This document shows, piece by piece, positions 1 to 12,300 of a stretch of DNA of 64,000 nucleotides. Within the stretch, counting starts at the first letter, position 1, and the number at the start of each line of letters is the position of its first letter. A model generated the notes under the pieces. That model saw nothing but the letters and a program-made list of their open reading frames with translations, was not told the DNA's origin and searched no databases. The translations under genes and the position numbers were made by a program. Source of the DNA: Botryllus schlosseri (taxonomy: Eukaryota); the NCBI GenBank assembly GCA_051294905.1, contig CM119383.1, forward strand, positions 4,216,001-4,280,000, read 5' to 3'.

Positions 1-156
1 CGTTGTATCAGAAACGTACCGCCGTCTTTGTGAAACTTTGTAATGCCTCAAGCTATGCACGTTGACGAGTCATCGTGCTGTTATATTAGTAATCCCTATA
101 AATGTGGATGTTTCTTGTAACAGCGCTTGTCCATACAGATCTTGTCTGTTTCATAG

Positions 157-360
157 ATCATCGGTTTACTGGCGATTATTGTGTTCGCGATAAGTGCCAA
201 AGAGGAGTCGAATTTCGACAACGACATCGCGCTTACCGACAATTTGATTATTGATTCGTCAAAAACAAAATGCGACGAAAACATTTTCGTTACCTTGATG
301 TTGCAATCGTTTCAAAAAAGCAACGTATTTAAACAGTTGCTGGTCGAAATAGCCAAGTAA
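157..360 (+). CDS. Possible terminal coding exon of an upstream gene (hydrophobic segment plus acidic region); product unknown
   Basis: Acceptor tttcatag|157, then 68 codons open to TAA (IIGLLAIIVFAISAKEESNFDND...VEIAK*). No recognisable family. Confidence 0.25.
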   Translation: MIGLLAIIVFAISAKEESNFDNDIALTDNLIIDSSKTKCDENIFVTLMLQSFQKSNVFKQLLVEIAK

Positions 361-1058
361 CGTTCCTTAATAGGTACTTATAAACGCAGAATCGTGTAAT
401 CCCCGAAAATTCGTTTTGGTTTCGAAAAGACTATATCTGAGTCTAGCAGTGCGTTTTAATTTTGTTGTCGTGTATACCTAATACCTATTCAAAGGCCTGC
501 AATTAGTTTCTTATTTTCTCGCGGAATGTGCGCTGTGCAATGCGCATTGCACATTATTCATTTGTCACTCGACACGTAGTGCTTCCTCACTGTTACATTT
601 TCGTAAGTCGCAATACCAGTAGCGATTGTGACTTAAAGCATCCGTGTGGAATTTTATATCTGCCTAACAATCACCGCTTCGAAGGCCAAACAAGCGACCT
701 TTATACGATGCAGAAATTATATTTTTAATGTAACGGGGATTTTAGAGTTAACCGTAATAATTACTCGCAAAAACGGAAATACAGCCGCCTAGAATATCTG
801 ATAATAGCTTTCAATAGAACGTCCCGTATAATTAGGGGGAGATTATCACTTTGTGCTCGTCCTACTGGTTTGCTTTGATGCAAGTTAAGATCATGATGAT
901 AATCAAGATTTACAAATATATTGTCAAGATGTCAATATTCTGTACACTGAGTGATCCCAATCTGGTCGATTCGTATTAGAGAATCCGCCACTTTTGCGTC
1001 TGGGATGTAACGACGACAGTATATAGGCATGTGCCTCTACTACCCGTTACATGTCAAC

Positions 1059-2043
1059 TAGGGATGGTGGGAACCCCTAAAAGGTTCAGGTTCGTGTGAA
1101 CGTGAACCTTTTTGAAAGGTTCTGTGTGAACGCGAACGTGAACCTTATGACGTCACGTGACGCCATATTGCTAATTCCAACCCTACATTTCAGTGAAGTG
1201 ATATATTGATGTACGCGATAGCTAGCAACGGCTCAGGTAATATATAAGCCACAATGCTTAATTAAGCACATGCTGACGTTTTAAACTTCACCAAATGTAT
1301 CAACTGGTGCACTAAAATGCTATAATAAAATCAATTTTCCGTCGCTTTGCCCACAATTTCGACGAGAACATGCAAGGGAATATAAACTCATGCCTTAACG
1401 GTCTAGGCCAGCCCGGACAATGTACTGGACGTCTCACTATTGCTACATTGATATTGCGCAGAGTGTAAAACGGGTTTCTATTCTTGCTTCCGATGTTAAT
1501 TATTACCCCATAAAAAGTTATACAGTAGTCAACATATCAATCGCACGGATTTGGTTTTTATGATACAATAAACATATAAAATCAAGTTGCATCCCGTGCG
1601 CCTGCTAGATTTTTATCAATTTCACTGATTGCTTGAATAAGCATCGTTCGCTGACTTCCCAGATAGCGTATTTCGTCCATGATGTTATGTTATTGCGGGT
1701 CAAACGCACAGTAGAGAGTCATTAAATATTCACTCACGGAAAGCTGAATATTTCGAGCAAACTGTTCTAACAAAGCAACTAAAATATTTGATATTGGCAA
1801 GGTGCATGCTCGTTTAGTGTTGATTTTTTATGCTGCCAGTGCCATGCACAGAGTGGTCCGAAGTTGAAATGCGAAGAATTTAAACCAAAGATGTTATAAT
1901 AGCATGAAAAATTGTAATATATGAAAAAGGGTTCACAGTGCAGAACCTACCAAGGTTCGTTTGTGAACGTGAACGTGAACTTCTAAATTTCTGAGGTTCA
2001 CATACAGAACGCGAACGTGAACCTCACGTTCGCACCATCCCTA
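1059..2043 (+). mobile_element. Non-autonomous hAT (Ac-type) element, TAGGGATG family, copy 1
   Basis: Termini tagggatggtg / caccatcccta; perfect 8-bp TSD atgtcaac (1051-1058, 2044-2051); subterminal gtgaac repeats; homologous throughout to 55453-56583. Confidence 0.92.
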
Positions 2044-2051
2044 ATGTCAAC

Positions 2052-3363
2052 CTCGGACCAATCTAGCATGGCGCTGGTAGCATAAGAAAATCAACACTAA
2101 ACAAGCATGCCCCTTACCAATCTAAAAAAACTACTTGATTTGTTACAAAAGTTTGCCCGAAATAATCGGCTTTCCGTTAGTGACTCTCTGCTGTGAGCTT
2201 GGCCCGTAATCACACAACTTCAAGAACGAAATACACTACGATGTACATTGTACATACTTAGCGAATGATGCTTATTCAGCCTATCAATTAAATTGATATA
2301 AAGAATACATCGTTGTGTAATGTAAAAAATCTGGCGTTCGGACGGGATCCATTTTGTTTGGACGTGTTTACTATATCATAAAAATCAAATCCGTGCGATT
2401 GGGGTGTTGGCTACTGTGTAACTTTTGTAGGGTTATGGTATATGGTATAGTGACGGGCAACATTCGGCTCGCAAAGGGATTTTGACCTGCAGAGAGTTTC
2501 TATCCTGAAAGTAAAATTCTATTCTGAAAGTATTGAAAAAATAATGCGTCACAGAATGAATCCAAGTTTACCAACCTGAGAAAGTTGGGCATGAACATGA
2601 AACTATTAGCTCTGTTAGAGTGTACCTATATTATCGACCGTGAACATTAATAAGACAAAGCTGTGTTCCAATCTGACTGATTCTCGCGTGCTGTCTTTAC
2701 TAAGGGCTTCTACATACGACATGCAACCAGAGTTCAAAGAACTTGTTGATAACTTTGATCGGCCACAGATGTCTGATTGACTTCAACGACGACTGTTAAT
2801 ACATTCATTAAATACTGTTTTGGTCCCTATGCTTTAATCTTGAAATTTACATTAAATAAGATTTATTCCTTGTATAGGTTGATAAATACGCGATTAGTGT
2901 ATATCTGTAATCCGACCCGCCAAGTACTTCATTTTACCATATCTGGCCCACCGATCGGAGAAGTTGCCCCCCCTCTGGTATATGGGGTTATATCGATAGC
3001 AAGTATATAAACCTGTTTTACACTCTGCTCAATATCAATGTAGCAATAGTCAGACGCCGAATACATTGTCCGGTCTGGCCTCGACCGTTAAGGCGTAAGC
3101 TTATATTCCCTTGCAAGTCCTCGTCCAAATTGTTGGCAAAGCAACGGAAGATATTGCTTTTATGGGATTATTATAGCTTTTGATTTCAGTTGATACATTT
3201 GCTGACGTTTAAAAAGTCAGCATGTACCTGAGTCGTCGCTAGGTATATTGTAGCATACATCACTGAAATGTTGAATTTGAATTAGAAATATGACGTTACG
3301 TGACGCCATAGGTTCACGTTCGCGTTCACACGAACCTGAACTTTTCAGGGGTTCGCACCACTA
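2052..3363 (-). mobile_element. Older, inverted, truncated copy of the TAGGGATG family
   Basis: Segments are reverse complements of copy 1 (e.g. 2052-2130 vs about 1790-1870; 3240-3363 vs the left end). Interrupted by other repeat fragments (2773-3010 resembles 48121-48325). Confidence 0.75.
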
Positions 3364-3829
3364 TAAATGTAACCCTACTCACGGTGCCCGTATGCTGGGC
3401 AGTCTCGTGTGCAGCTGTCCTCGGGCCTGTGAAGTCTAACAAGATCGAGAAGGAAAGTCGAAAAGAGAGACCAAGTTTCTGGGTCAATGGAGGTGTTAAC
3501 GATCCGTGCCGCAACGTAGATATCTGGTTGATCCTAGTGTTGAAATCCTTTCTCGGTGCACACCGTAATATGAATACCGAACACGTAAATCTAGACGACC
3601 CTATACCGCAGCACCGATCGTCGCGATTTGGCCGTCGTGGACATTATCGGGTAAACTGCGCTTTAACTCAATCGTGCCGGATGGGTCACTCGGGCGGTCC
3701 TGGACTAAAATGCCATGGCCTTCCTTTTACATATCGTAGCGACATGAAGTCAGGATATTCTTGACGCCAAGACTCCTTTGCAACTTCTGGTGCTATTGAG
3801 CAGAGTAGGATAAATTTCTATAGAGAATA

Positions 3830-4157
3830 TTCGTCTTTCCCAAATTAGATCAGAATTAGAATTAAAATAATAGCTACAATATTTTTTTCAAATTAGAGGA
3901 GTATTAGAATTATAGATACAACAATCTTTTACCAAATTTGATTAGAGTTAGAATTGCTGAATTTACAGTAAGAAATACAACAAAAATCATGATCAGTTCA
4001 TATCAAATCTCAGATTATTCCCGTAACCACGAGAATGGCAAATGTTTGCACACCATTTTCAGGAAAACCACAAATTAGATTGGAACTAAGGTTAAGGCAC
4101 AGAAGCATTTCAGATATTAGATTGTATTAGATTACCGGCATGTTACTCTAGTTAGCC
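3830..4157 (-). repeat. Dispersed AATTAG-rich repeat (tggacaactag-terminated family), degraded copy
   Basis: Reverse-complement similarity to 16416-16790, 53066-53557 and 59203-59573. Confidence 0.6.
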
Positions 4158-5721
4158 TCATTAGTCATTAGACAACTACAATTATATAGTTTTCGAAGTC
4201 GGCTGCTTCGAATAATTGAAATTATAATGTTTTGGATGATAAAAACATACAATTATTGGAAGCCAGATAGGAATAAGTGAAGTGAAATGGTTAAATCTGA
4301 AGGTGTATTGATGCAAGATATGTTTTGCTTCGGTAATCATTGGCGTGAGAGTTGTCATCGAAATGGACCCAAAATATTGTTAGGCAACCCAAACATTGGA
4401 TTGACATTTAAAAGCGTTTTTAGATATATTTTGAGCCCACACTTTACACTTTGTCAGATACAATCCGCTACAGCAACTCTGAGGAATTACCTCATGTATC
4501 TCACTATAGCTCGGGTCTAGGTTTGTCTTTACAAGTATTTGATTGTCATTTCACCAATTAAGTTCCTTTCATTGTTCTATCGCGTCGAAAGAGAGAACGA
4601 GCTTTCCACAAACTCATTACCGATCGGAAGAAGAAAAATGATGCTAACCAACTTTTGGAACAGCGGAGAAGTGTTTTTACGGCTCTTCATGCAGTTGGCC
4701 TCATCAGGTTCATCCTAGCGCAACACATCAACTGGAAACCTCTTGAGCAGATCGCTAACACGTCACCGAAACAAGTTCCTCTCAAACAGCTAATACATAC
4801 ATGATCCAATATAGTGAGTATAGGTCTCGAAGTGACACATTCAAAACCATTTAATATATTTTATCGAGTGTTCCGCTTTTATCGCTCAGAAGAAGATCAT
4901 GCTTTCACCGTATCGTTTCGTAAAAATTCTAATCGATTTCAGGAGTTTATTATTTGAAACCCCTAATATAATATTGAATTAATGAAATCGCCATCAAAGA
5001 CGCTTAATCTGCGGGCTGCGGATATATATTAGGATGTGGTTTCCTTAATCTTGAACAGAAGTTTTCAAAATTACTCTTCCACAAGCAATATAGCCTACCT
5101 TAAACAAGATGAACGGCGTCGTAATATCAATTTTCTCTCTTTAGGTGCGGTAAACATTCTCATCTCGAATGTGTGGTTGCACGTTTCGGATACTTGGGCC
5201 CACAACACAAGACTCTGTGTTGATGTGGCCCAATATATCGCACATTTGTATGCCGATCATCCTATAATGCATGAGTTCTTAAACTGTTGGTCGCGACTTT
5301 GTAGTGACTAATTCAATCAAAACTGACTTTATGTGTATATATCCTATATGGCAGTGGTTCTCAACCACCGATCCGGACCGGACCGGATCGGCACCGGTCC
5401 GCGACAAGTTTCCTGCCGGTCCGCCCGATGTTTTAGAATTTTATATGTCAATCAGAAAATGCGAGAAGTTGAGTGCTTGTCCATTGATTAGGGAAATACA
5501 CATCAAATTTTTAAATATTTTCAGAAGAGTGGGACGTAATTTATGCGTAGCGTCGCAACAGACAGCTCATTGTCTACTTTCGGCGTTCGTCACAATGGTA
5601 CAAGTGTTACAAACAAACTATCAAAAAGTATACTGTAGCTCGTTTCGGACAAGTTATATGTGAAAGCTACGAAGACTTTTGAACAAACTTCAATTGATCA
5701 ACTGTTTACAGTATAATAGAG

Positions 5722-7253
5722 CTGGGGTTCTCCACTCGCAGTTCGCGGACCGCATGCGGCCCGCAGTCGTTTGTTTTGAGGCCCGCGACATCTTTCATTA
5801 TAAACGCGATTACTACTGGTGTAGCGTATTGTTACATAATAATTTCGCTACTTAGCTCTCTTAACGCACTGCCTCTGTTTCGTTTGATTACTCATTCTTT
5901 GAAATGTTCTGGTTTCTTGATATATTTTCGAGTTTAGATTGTTATTGTTTTGAATCGGTATTCGGCTGGACTGTGGTTTCAAAGAATCTCGCTGCGTAGT
6001 ACACTTTTAAAGAGTTTTTCACTCGCCGCGAATGGTTTGAACAGAAACAAGAACAAGGAACGGGAAATTAAACGGCGAAACTGGGTTTGTAATCTAACTC
6101 TACGTGGAACAATGAACTTGCTTTCTCAGGTATAAATGGAAAACCGATGTGACATATTTGTCGAAGAACAGTTGTCGTAGCGAAGCGTAGAAGCTGAAAA
6201 TGATACCACGATAGTTTCTTCTGGAATTATACATATCGCCTGATCTTAGAAAAAACGTTGCTATAGCTAGGGGTCAAGCCCAGCAATCCATATTTCGAGG
6301 CACTGCTAGAATTTCCGATGGCGTTACAGACGCATCGTTCAAAATTGCTTGGAATATCGCTAAATCCAAGAAATCGGCTGGGGAAGGTGTGATTTCAATA
6401 AAACTTTAAGATACTGTGCGAATATTCGCCGTTTCCGGAACTTAGCAGCAAGGACAACATCACCTGACAAATTTCGAAGCTACAGTTGTCTGATTCAAAC
6501 GTGACCAGAAGAGTAACAGCAATGGCAGTCTATCTTCTATCGTATGTTCTGAAAAGCGTTGCCGTGTAGACCACTTTAACCTAGCATTGGACGAATCCAC
6601 CGACTCCACAGTCCACATACAGTGCATAGCTAATTATCTTGGTGCGTTTTATCAGAGGTGACATATTTCCAGAGGAAATGCTGACAGGGCCAACGCGGGT
6701 ATGGGACCAGCGAAAAACATCAACGTGACAAAATTGACCTTGGTAACTATTGGTGCAGGGCTCCAGACATGGAAGGAAAAGAGAAGGGTTGATTGGTTTG
6801 CTCAGGAATGACCCCGAATGCCAGAATTCTTCTCATATCACTGAGAGCTCAAAGTGACAATGGCCTCTGTAACGAAAAAGCTACCATTATTTTATACTTA
6901 CTCGCTCACGCATTGAAACAGAGAGTTCGGTTCTCTGGTGGAAGAATTTTAAGGTGCATATGCTGACTTGGCAACGAATCCAATGCACGCTCCATGGAGG
7001 GTATTACTAGCGCCGCTGGAAGATACATATTCTGACAAAAAACAACTACTGCAAACTTACAAACGCTGTCCGTTAATGCTTTAGAATGCATAAAAATGTA
7101 CTATATGCCCGATTACGACTGGTAAATAGGCTACGGTTACAGTAGCTTAAATTTAATAGTAGCCCAAAATACACGGTAATAATGTTATGCGACCCGCAGC
7201 GTCTTTTGCTGTTAAAAGGCGGCTCGTTATACGAGGGAAATTGAGAACCCCTG
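5722..7253 (+). mobile_element. Nested hAT Buster/Charlie/SPIN-like transposon, decayed
   Basis: TIR ctggggttctc / gagaacccctg; TSD taatagag / aaatagag; carries transposase remnants. Confidence 0.8.
6040..6850 (+). pseudogene. Degraded hAT Buster-type (GTF2IRD2/EPM2AIP1/SPIN-like) transposase
   Basis: Frameshifted translations: NSTWNNELAFSGINGKPM*HICRRTVVVAKR (N-terminal region), FNLALDESTD (about 6575-6605, first catalytic Asp motif), a TTDGAPxMxG-like remnant (about 6740-6790) and PEFFSYHC (about 6820-6845). Stops, frameshifts and deletions throughout. Confidence 0.8.
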
Positions 7254-9334
7254 AAATAGAGCCTATTGCAAATTCACATTCAAGAGACACCGAACAATCA
7301 CAATCAAGTTAGTCTTTAACAGGACTTCGCGAACTTCAATAGAACCACGTATGGTACCAGAAAGACGTCATTAAATGGAGTTTCAAGCTGTCGTAATTTA
7401 TTTTCGAGTGCATTTTAGTTTTTGAAGGTTCACCGGTCCGCGAGATTTGTTTTGAAGTTTTACCGGTCCGCGAGGTCAAAAAGGTTGCGAACAACTGCTA
7501 TAAGGGGTTTGTAACCGAGATCGTACTGTTTCTGGTCAAAATTCCGTCTAAGATCCATACGGAAAAGGCAATTAAGATCTGACCAAGTCTAGTCTTTTGT
7601 ATGCTCTCGCCTGGCGCGGTTTCAAAAGAAGTTGGGAGTCGGTGATAATGTGTCCCGAAAATCCTGCATAACTGAACGAGGGCATGTCGTCAATGTGCAA
7701 GTCGACATCATCCTTCTAAAGATCTCGGATTTATTTAAAAGATAAAGTCTATATGTTTGCACCGTGGGTCTTGGTAATGTGAACGAAATCGTCAGAATGA
7801 AAAGCGTTTCTCTTAATACAGGCACGAAAAGAGAGAAACTAACATGGAATTATTCTTCATATATGTAGCAGATTAATGAATTCTGTAGTGTCTGTATAAA
7901 CCACAAAATTGCTAGTCCGCTTTGTAGTTTTGTAACGACGCTCCACAGCGTTCAATTTGAATATCTAATCTTAATTTATTGTAGTATTTATCTAACACTC
8001 AGCAACGAATAATTTTAATCCAAATGTGATATTCTCAAGTATATCTACGTCACATATTGTGTATTTATGGAAAATGATGACGCATCAAAATGCAGCCGCT
8101 TGACGTTGTGTAGCTATTTTCGGTGTTGCAGTGTTCTACTGCTGGCGTAACAGTTCGTCGTACCGGCGTAATTTGTGTTGTAATCATCCCGTGCTTCAAA
8201 GGAACCGCGGCAACGGCGAGGTTGTTGTTGTTCGTGGTATTCATGGTGTTTGTCGACTACTATGGTTATTTACACCAGAACAATTTTCTTCATTTAGTCC
8301 GTATCTGCCGAGTCACTTCTAGGCTTTTATAAGAGTCCTCTCACACGAATGATATGGCGAGGAGGAGCCTAGATAAAAAAATAAAAAAAACGGCAATATT
8401 GAATGCGACACTACTTTTACGCTGCGGCATGTACTCCCGTACTGCTATGCATAATGCAATAGCGAAACATTATCTTTGTGCCAACGTAATTAAACTCTCT
8501 AGCCTAGCGTATGACATGTCACTAATGAGACATAAGTCAATGTATAATAATAGGTAAAACAACAGCGTGACTCAATTGCTTCTAAAATAGATTTATTCTG
8601 AAGAATATCCTTTTAAATCAACCACAACCTCGAAAGTACATAGGTGCGTCCATGCTATTTCGATTCCTTTAAAAACTCCATACCTTTAACGAGCTATTTG
8701 TTGAGGCCTGCAATACGTATGACTTACACATACTTTTCGTGCTTATTGATTTAATTATAAGGCGTGATTAAAAGCACGATTATAGATATCTCAATTCTCG
8801 TGTACAATCTCGAGTAGAAAATATGTCATGTTCATATAAGGTGGGATTTGCACATTGTATTTTCATAGCAATTGAAAATCGTCATTCAAAGGTAAACAAA
8901 TGTACTCAATAGCTTGCAACTGACCTATATTAGACAGTTTCACATGCCAAAAATTACAATTTGGACTATATACCAGTACAATCGTGAGCAAACGTTTTCT
9001 TGTATTCAAAAAGACAAACATTTTATTATCAAAATAGCCCCTTGATGGTAACATCTACTGAGTATTGAAGAGACAATCAAGTGAGGTAAGGCCGCTGAAG
9101 AGAATATGCAAGTAAAGTCACTGATTTTATTCAGTTCTCATGTGATGTAGAATTCTACTGAAGCGTATGTAAAACTGCGGTTTTCCAGGGCAGGTTACTC
9201 TTCGTCGGATCCTGCGCATACGCGATGGAGCGGCATAGATTTGCCTTCGTGCCACTGATATTTGTCACTACTATACGTACTGTGCGTGTTTTCAGGAAGT
9301 CAAAACAGTCCTCAACTACCTCCATATGCGGCGA

Positions 9335-12300
9335 TCATCCGGGTAAGCGTGTCCGACGCGTCCTGCCGCCAATCCCTTTCTTCCTGCACACAAACAGCGT
9401 CCAAACGGCTCGTCGGAACTGCTTGTTACGGACGCTGTAGATGATGCAGTTCCAGAACGAGTTGGACAACAGAAACCTCGAAGCCAAATAGATCGCTGAC
9501 GCGAGGTAGTTCTCAATCTTGGGAGTAGTAACACTGCAAAAAATCATATTGCTTGCGATTAGGGCAGGACACCATGATTCGAGTATTTGAATCTGAATCG
9601 ACTTTTAATTCTAATGATTGGAGTTGAGTAGTGAGAGATGAATTTTAGGGTCTGAAATTATAAGCTACTTATTTCGACTAATAGTTTATTTATCAAGGTG
9701 AATTATAGAGTAGCTACCCTTTTCCACTGCGAAAGGCTGTAAACCACAATTGGTACATATGTGAACTTTCCACATCGTTCATACTGCTATGCCGTCGACG
9801 CCAGAATTGGATCAGTTGTAATTTGTAATTGAGCTGAATGTAATTAATTAAATTTTTCATGTAATTGTAATTTTTATTTGAGTAAAATTTTGCCTAATTA
9901 CAATTTCAATTACGGTACATTTTCATTGGAATCAGCCAAGCACGACATAAAATAATTAGGCCTATTTACATAGGTGTGCTATGCGTGTCTGGTTAACTAG
10001 ATAATTCAATCATGGTAAACTGTTTCCCATACTTCAGTAGCAACAGAAAACCTGGTAAATTGATATATAGTCGAAATCAGTGGTTCTCAAACTTGTTTAG
10101 ACATGCCCCCCTTTATGATAGTTAAAAATATCGCGCCCCCTTATCGTCAAATTACAAAATGCAACCAGAATGCTAGCAATCCCAACGAATAGTTTGATGG
10201 CATGGAAGGTTATGACTGATGAGAGAATCCTCAAATATGAAATTCGGGCTATGCACAGAGCAATAGATATAAATTGAAGGTGAATCGTGCTGTGCGCGAA
10301 ATAAATGCCAGTTTACCGCAGCTTCGCGACCCCCCCCCCCTCAGATGCTTTCACGCCCCCCAGTTTGAGAACCACTGGTCTACATATTAATACTTCAAAA
10401 ATGGATGAACAGCAAATCAACTCTTCTGAAACCTGTTCTGAACCATTTCTTACTCCCCTGTCAGAGTTTTTTTCAAATCTTTGATCAAAACTGAGGCTTG
10501 CTGCAACAATTGCAAAAAGAAATTCAAGTTTTCAACCATCAAGGCTTCATCAAACTTGATCACTTATTTGAAGAGATATTCTCCCAATCTTACCCTCAAT
10601 CATAGCCAAATTTACGGGGGCCATAAACTTTTCACACTCTAATGTTCAACAAATGCAATCCATCAGTTTTTGAGCAAGTAAAAATGTACATGCGAACCAA
10701 ATTTTTGTAATTTGTAGTTATCGGGAGCTTCTTTCCGTTTGCATTTATTATAATTATATTAATAATTATAATATGATTATTCAATTAAATGTTTAACAGC
10801 AATGGTAATTGTAATTTGATATCATTAGCATAGAGTGATTGTAATTGTAATGTAATTGAAACATGCAAGGGGGTACTTGTAGTTGTAATTGTAATTGAAC
10901 TGAATTAATGTAATTGATCCAACTCTGGTCGACACCAGAGGTATTCGGATACTCAACTCGACTTGTGGCCTATGCCCGATTCAGAATCGTATTACTCAGG
11001 AACTCGTTTTTACTTGGCCAGGATCGCATAAGATGCGAGCGTTGCGATGCTAGGCACCAACGCGACTGTGAAGGCTCCGATCATGACAGCCAAGGTCCTT
11101 GCGACGGATCGATCACCGTTGGCGGATTTTAAGGAGAGTCCGCTTGCTCTTCTGTGTATGGATTTTTTTACGCTGTTGTACATTCGCTTGCTTTTTCTCT
11201 TGGCTTTGTGGAATGCCGTTCCGTGAGATTTTTCGCACGCGGACGTGGGTTGACCGGCGCTGAATCGGCGAATAATGAATAAATATAGAGGTATCCAAGC
11301 GGTAACCATCATAAATGAGATGAATCTTCTCTAGATATCTAGGCCTGTGGAGCGACATTTGAGCATGTGACTTTATAACCCTGAAACTAAGCCGAACCCG
11401 AACCATAACCCTATGATTATACCATAGCCGTATCCACATGATCAAGTGTCGCATGCACAATGCCCATATGTCCACGAACCGTGTAGCCTTTCTATAACGA
11501 TGTTTGTTACAATAAGGGCATTACAGGAGGAAATGGCGTGCGGATCACCATGGGCCCGGGTCCCGAGATAGGAGGTCGTATTATGCTGCAAGAATCACAC
11601 TTGAATAGTATATTCATTTCACTATGAATTGAATATACTATTCAATTGTATACTGAAGTTCGGTACCTCCAAAGAACTCTGTGCGGAAGACCTATGAAAT
11701 CACTTTCTACATTTTCTGAATGTACAAGTGCTTTTTCTTTTTTTCACGTCTTGCGCAGTATATTATATTGATGGTTTGTTTTCTGTTATGCAATTTCACT
11801 TATAATTATACAACAATGTATTTGTATCACATACTTAGATCATTAATTAGAGAGTCGGAAACAAACTGTTTCCTTTCAGGAGTCACTTGGAGGTACTGAG
11901 CTTCAATATACAATTGAATGTAATATATTAATGTTGAAATAAACACCCGAATATTTTTGGCTGGCACTTGTCGCGAATAATCGTCAGCAACTAGTAGAGA
12001 ATTGAAAAGAACTTAGTGTATCAACGGTCGTATCACGGGCACAAGAATTAGAATAATCGAGCCAAGCAGACGAACTGTGCTAAATGTACTATTTTTAGAT
12101 TATGCACTAACTCCTTCTGTAGGTTGGCTGATTTTGATAAAAGTCGTGTCCATGGCACATGAAAGAATGAAATATGTCGTCTCATTAAATTTTTCGCATG
12201 AGTAGAATTATCAACTTCGGCGAAAAATTATGATCGCTCAATTCTCCATTAGCTGTTGACGATGATTACCCCTGCCGCGTGCCAGCCGAAAATATTTTGG

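Larger units (their letters stand above)
5352..7497 (+). mobile_element. Non-autonomous hAT (Buster-type) element hosting a nested element
   Basis: TIR cagtggttctcaacc / ggttgcgaacaactg; TSD ctatatgg / ctataagg (7/8); subterminal ccggtccgcg repeats. Confidence 0.8.

Noticed and set aside
3521-3535. tatctggttgatcct matches the first 15 nt of 18S rRNA
   Set aside because: Downstream sequence does not align with 18S (no gccagtagtcatatgc), so it is treated as coincidence.
7580-8260. Protein-like minus-strand segments (KDDVDLHIDDMPSF...; MNTTNNNNLAV...) as extra GPCR tail exons
   Set aside because: The GPCR already terminates at 9335; there are no consistent splice phases or recognisable homology.
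9155-9334. The GPCR frame stays open about 59 codons after the TGA, suggesting readthrough or a recent nonsense mutation
   Set aside because: The stop context (TGA TCG) is not a known leaky context, and a run of this length is plausible by chance.
11365-11480. Telomere-like aaccc/gggtt runs (also 54150-54245)
   Set aside because: They are degenerate and part of a short dispersed repeat shared by both sites, not an interstitial telomere array.
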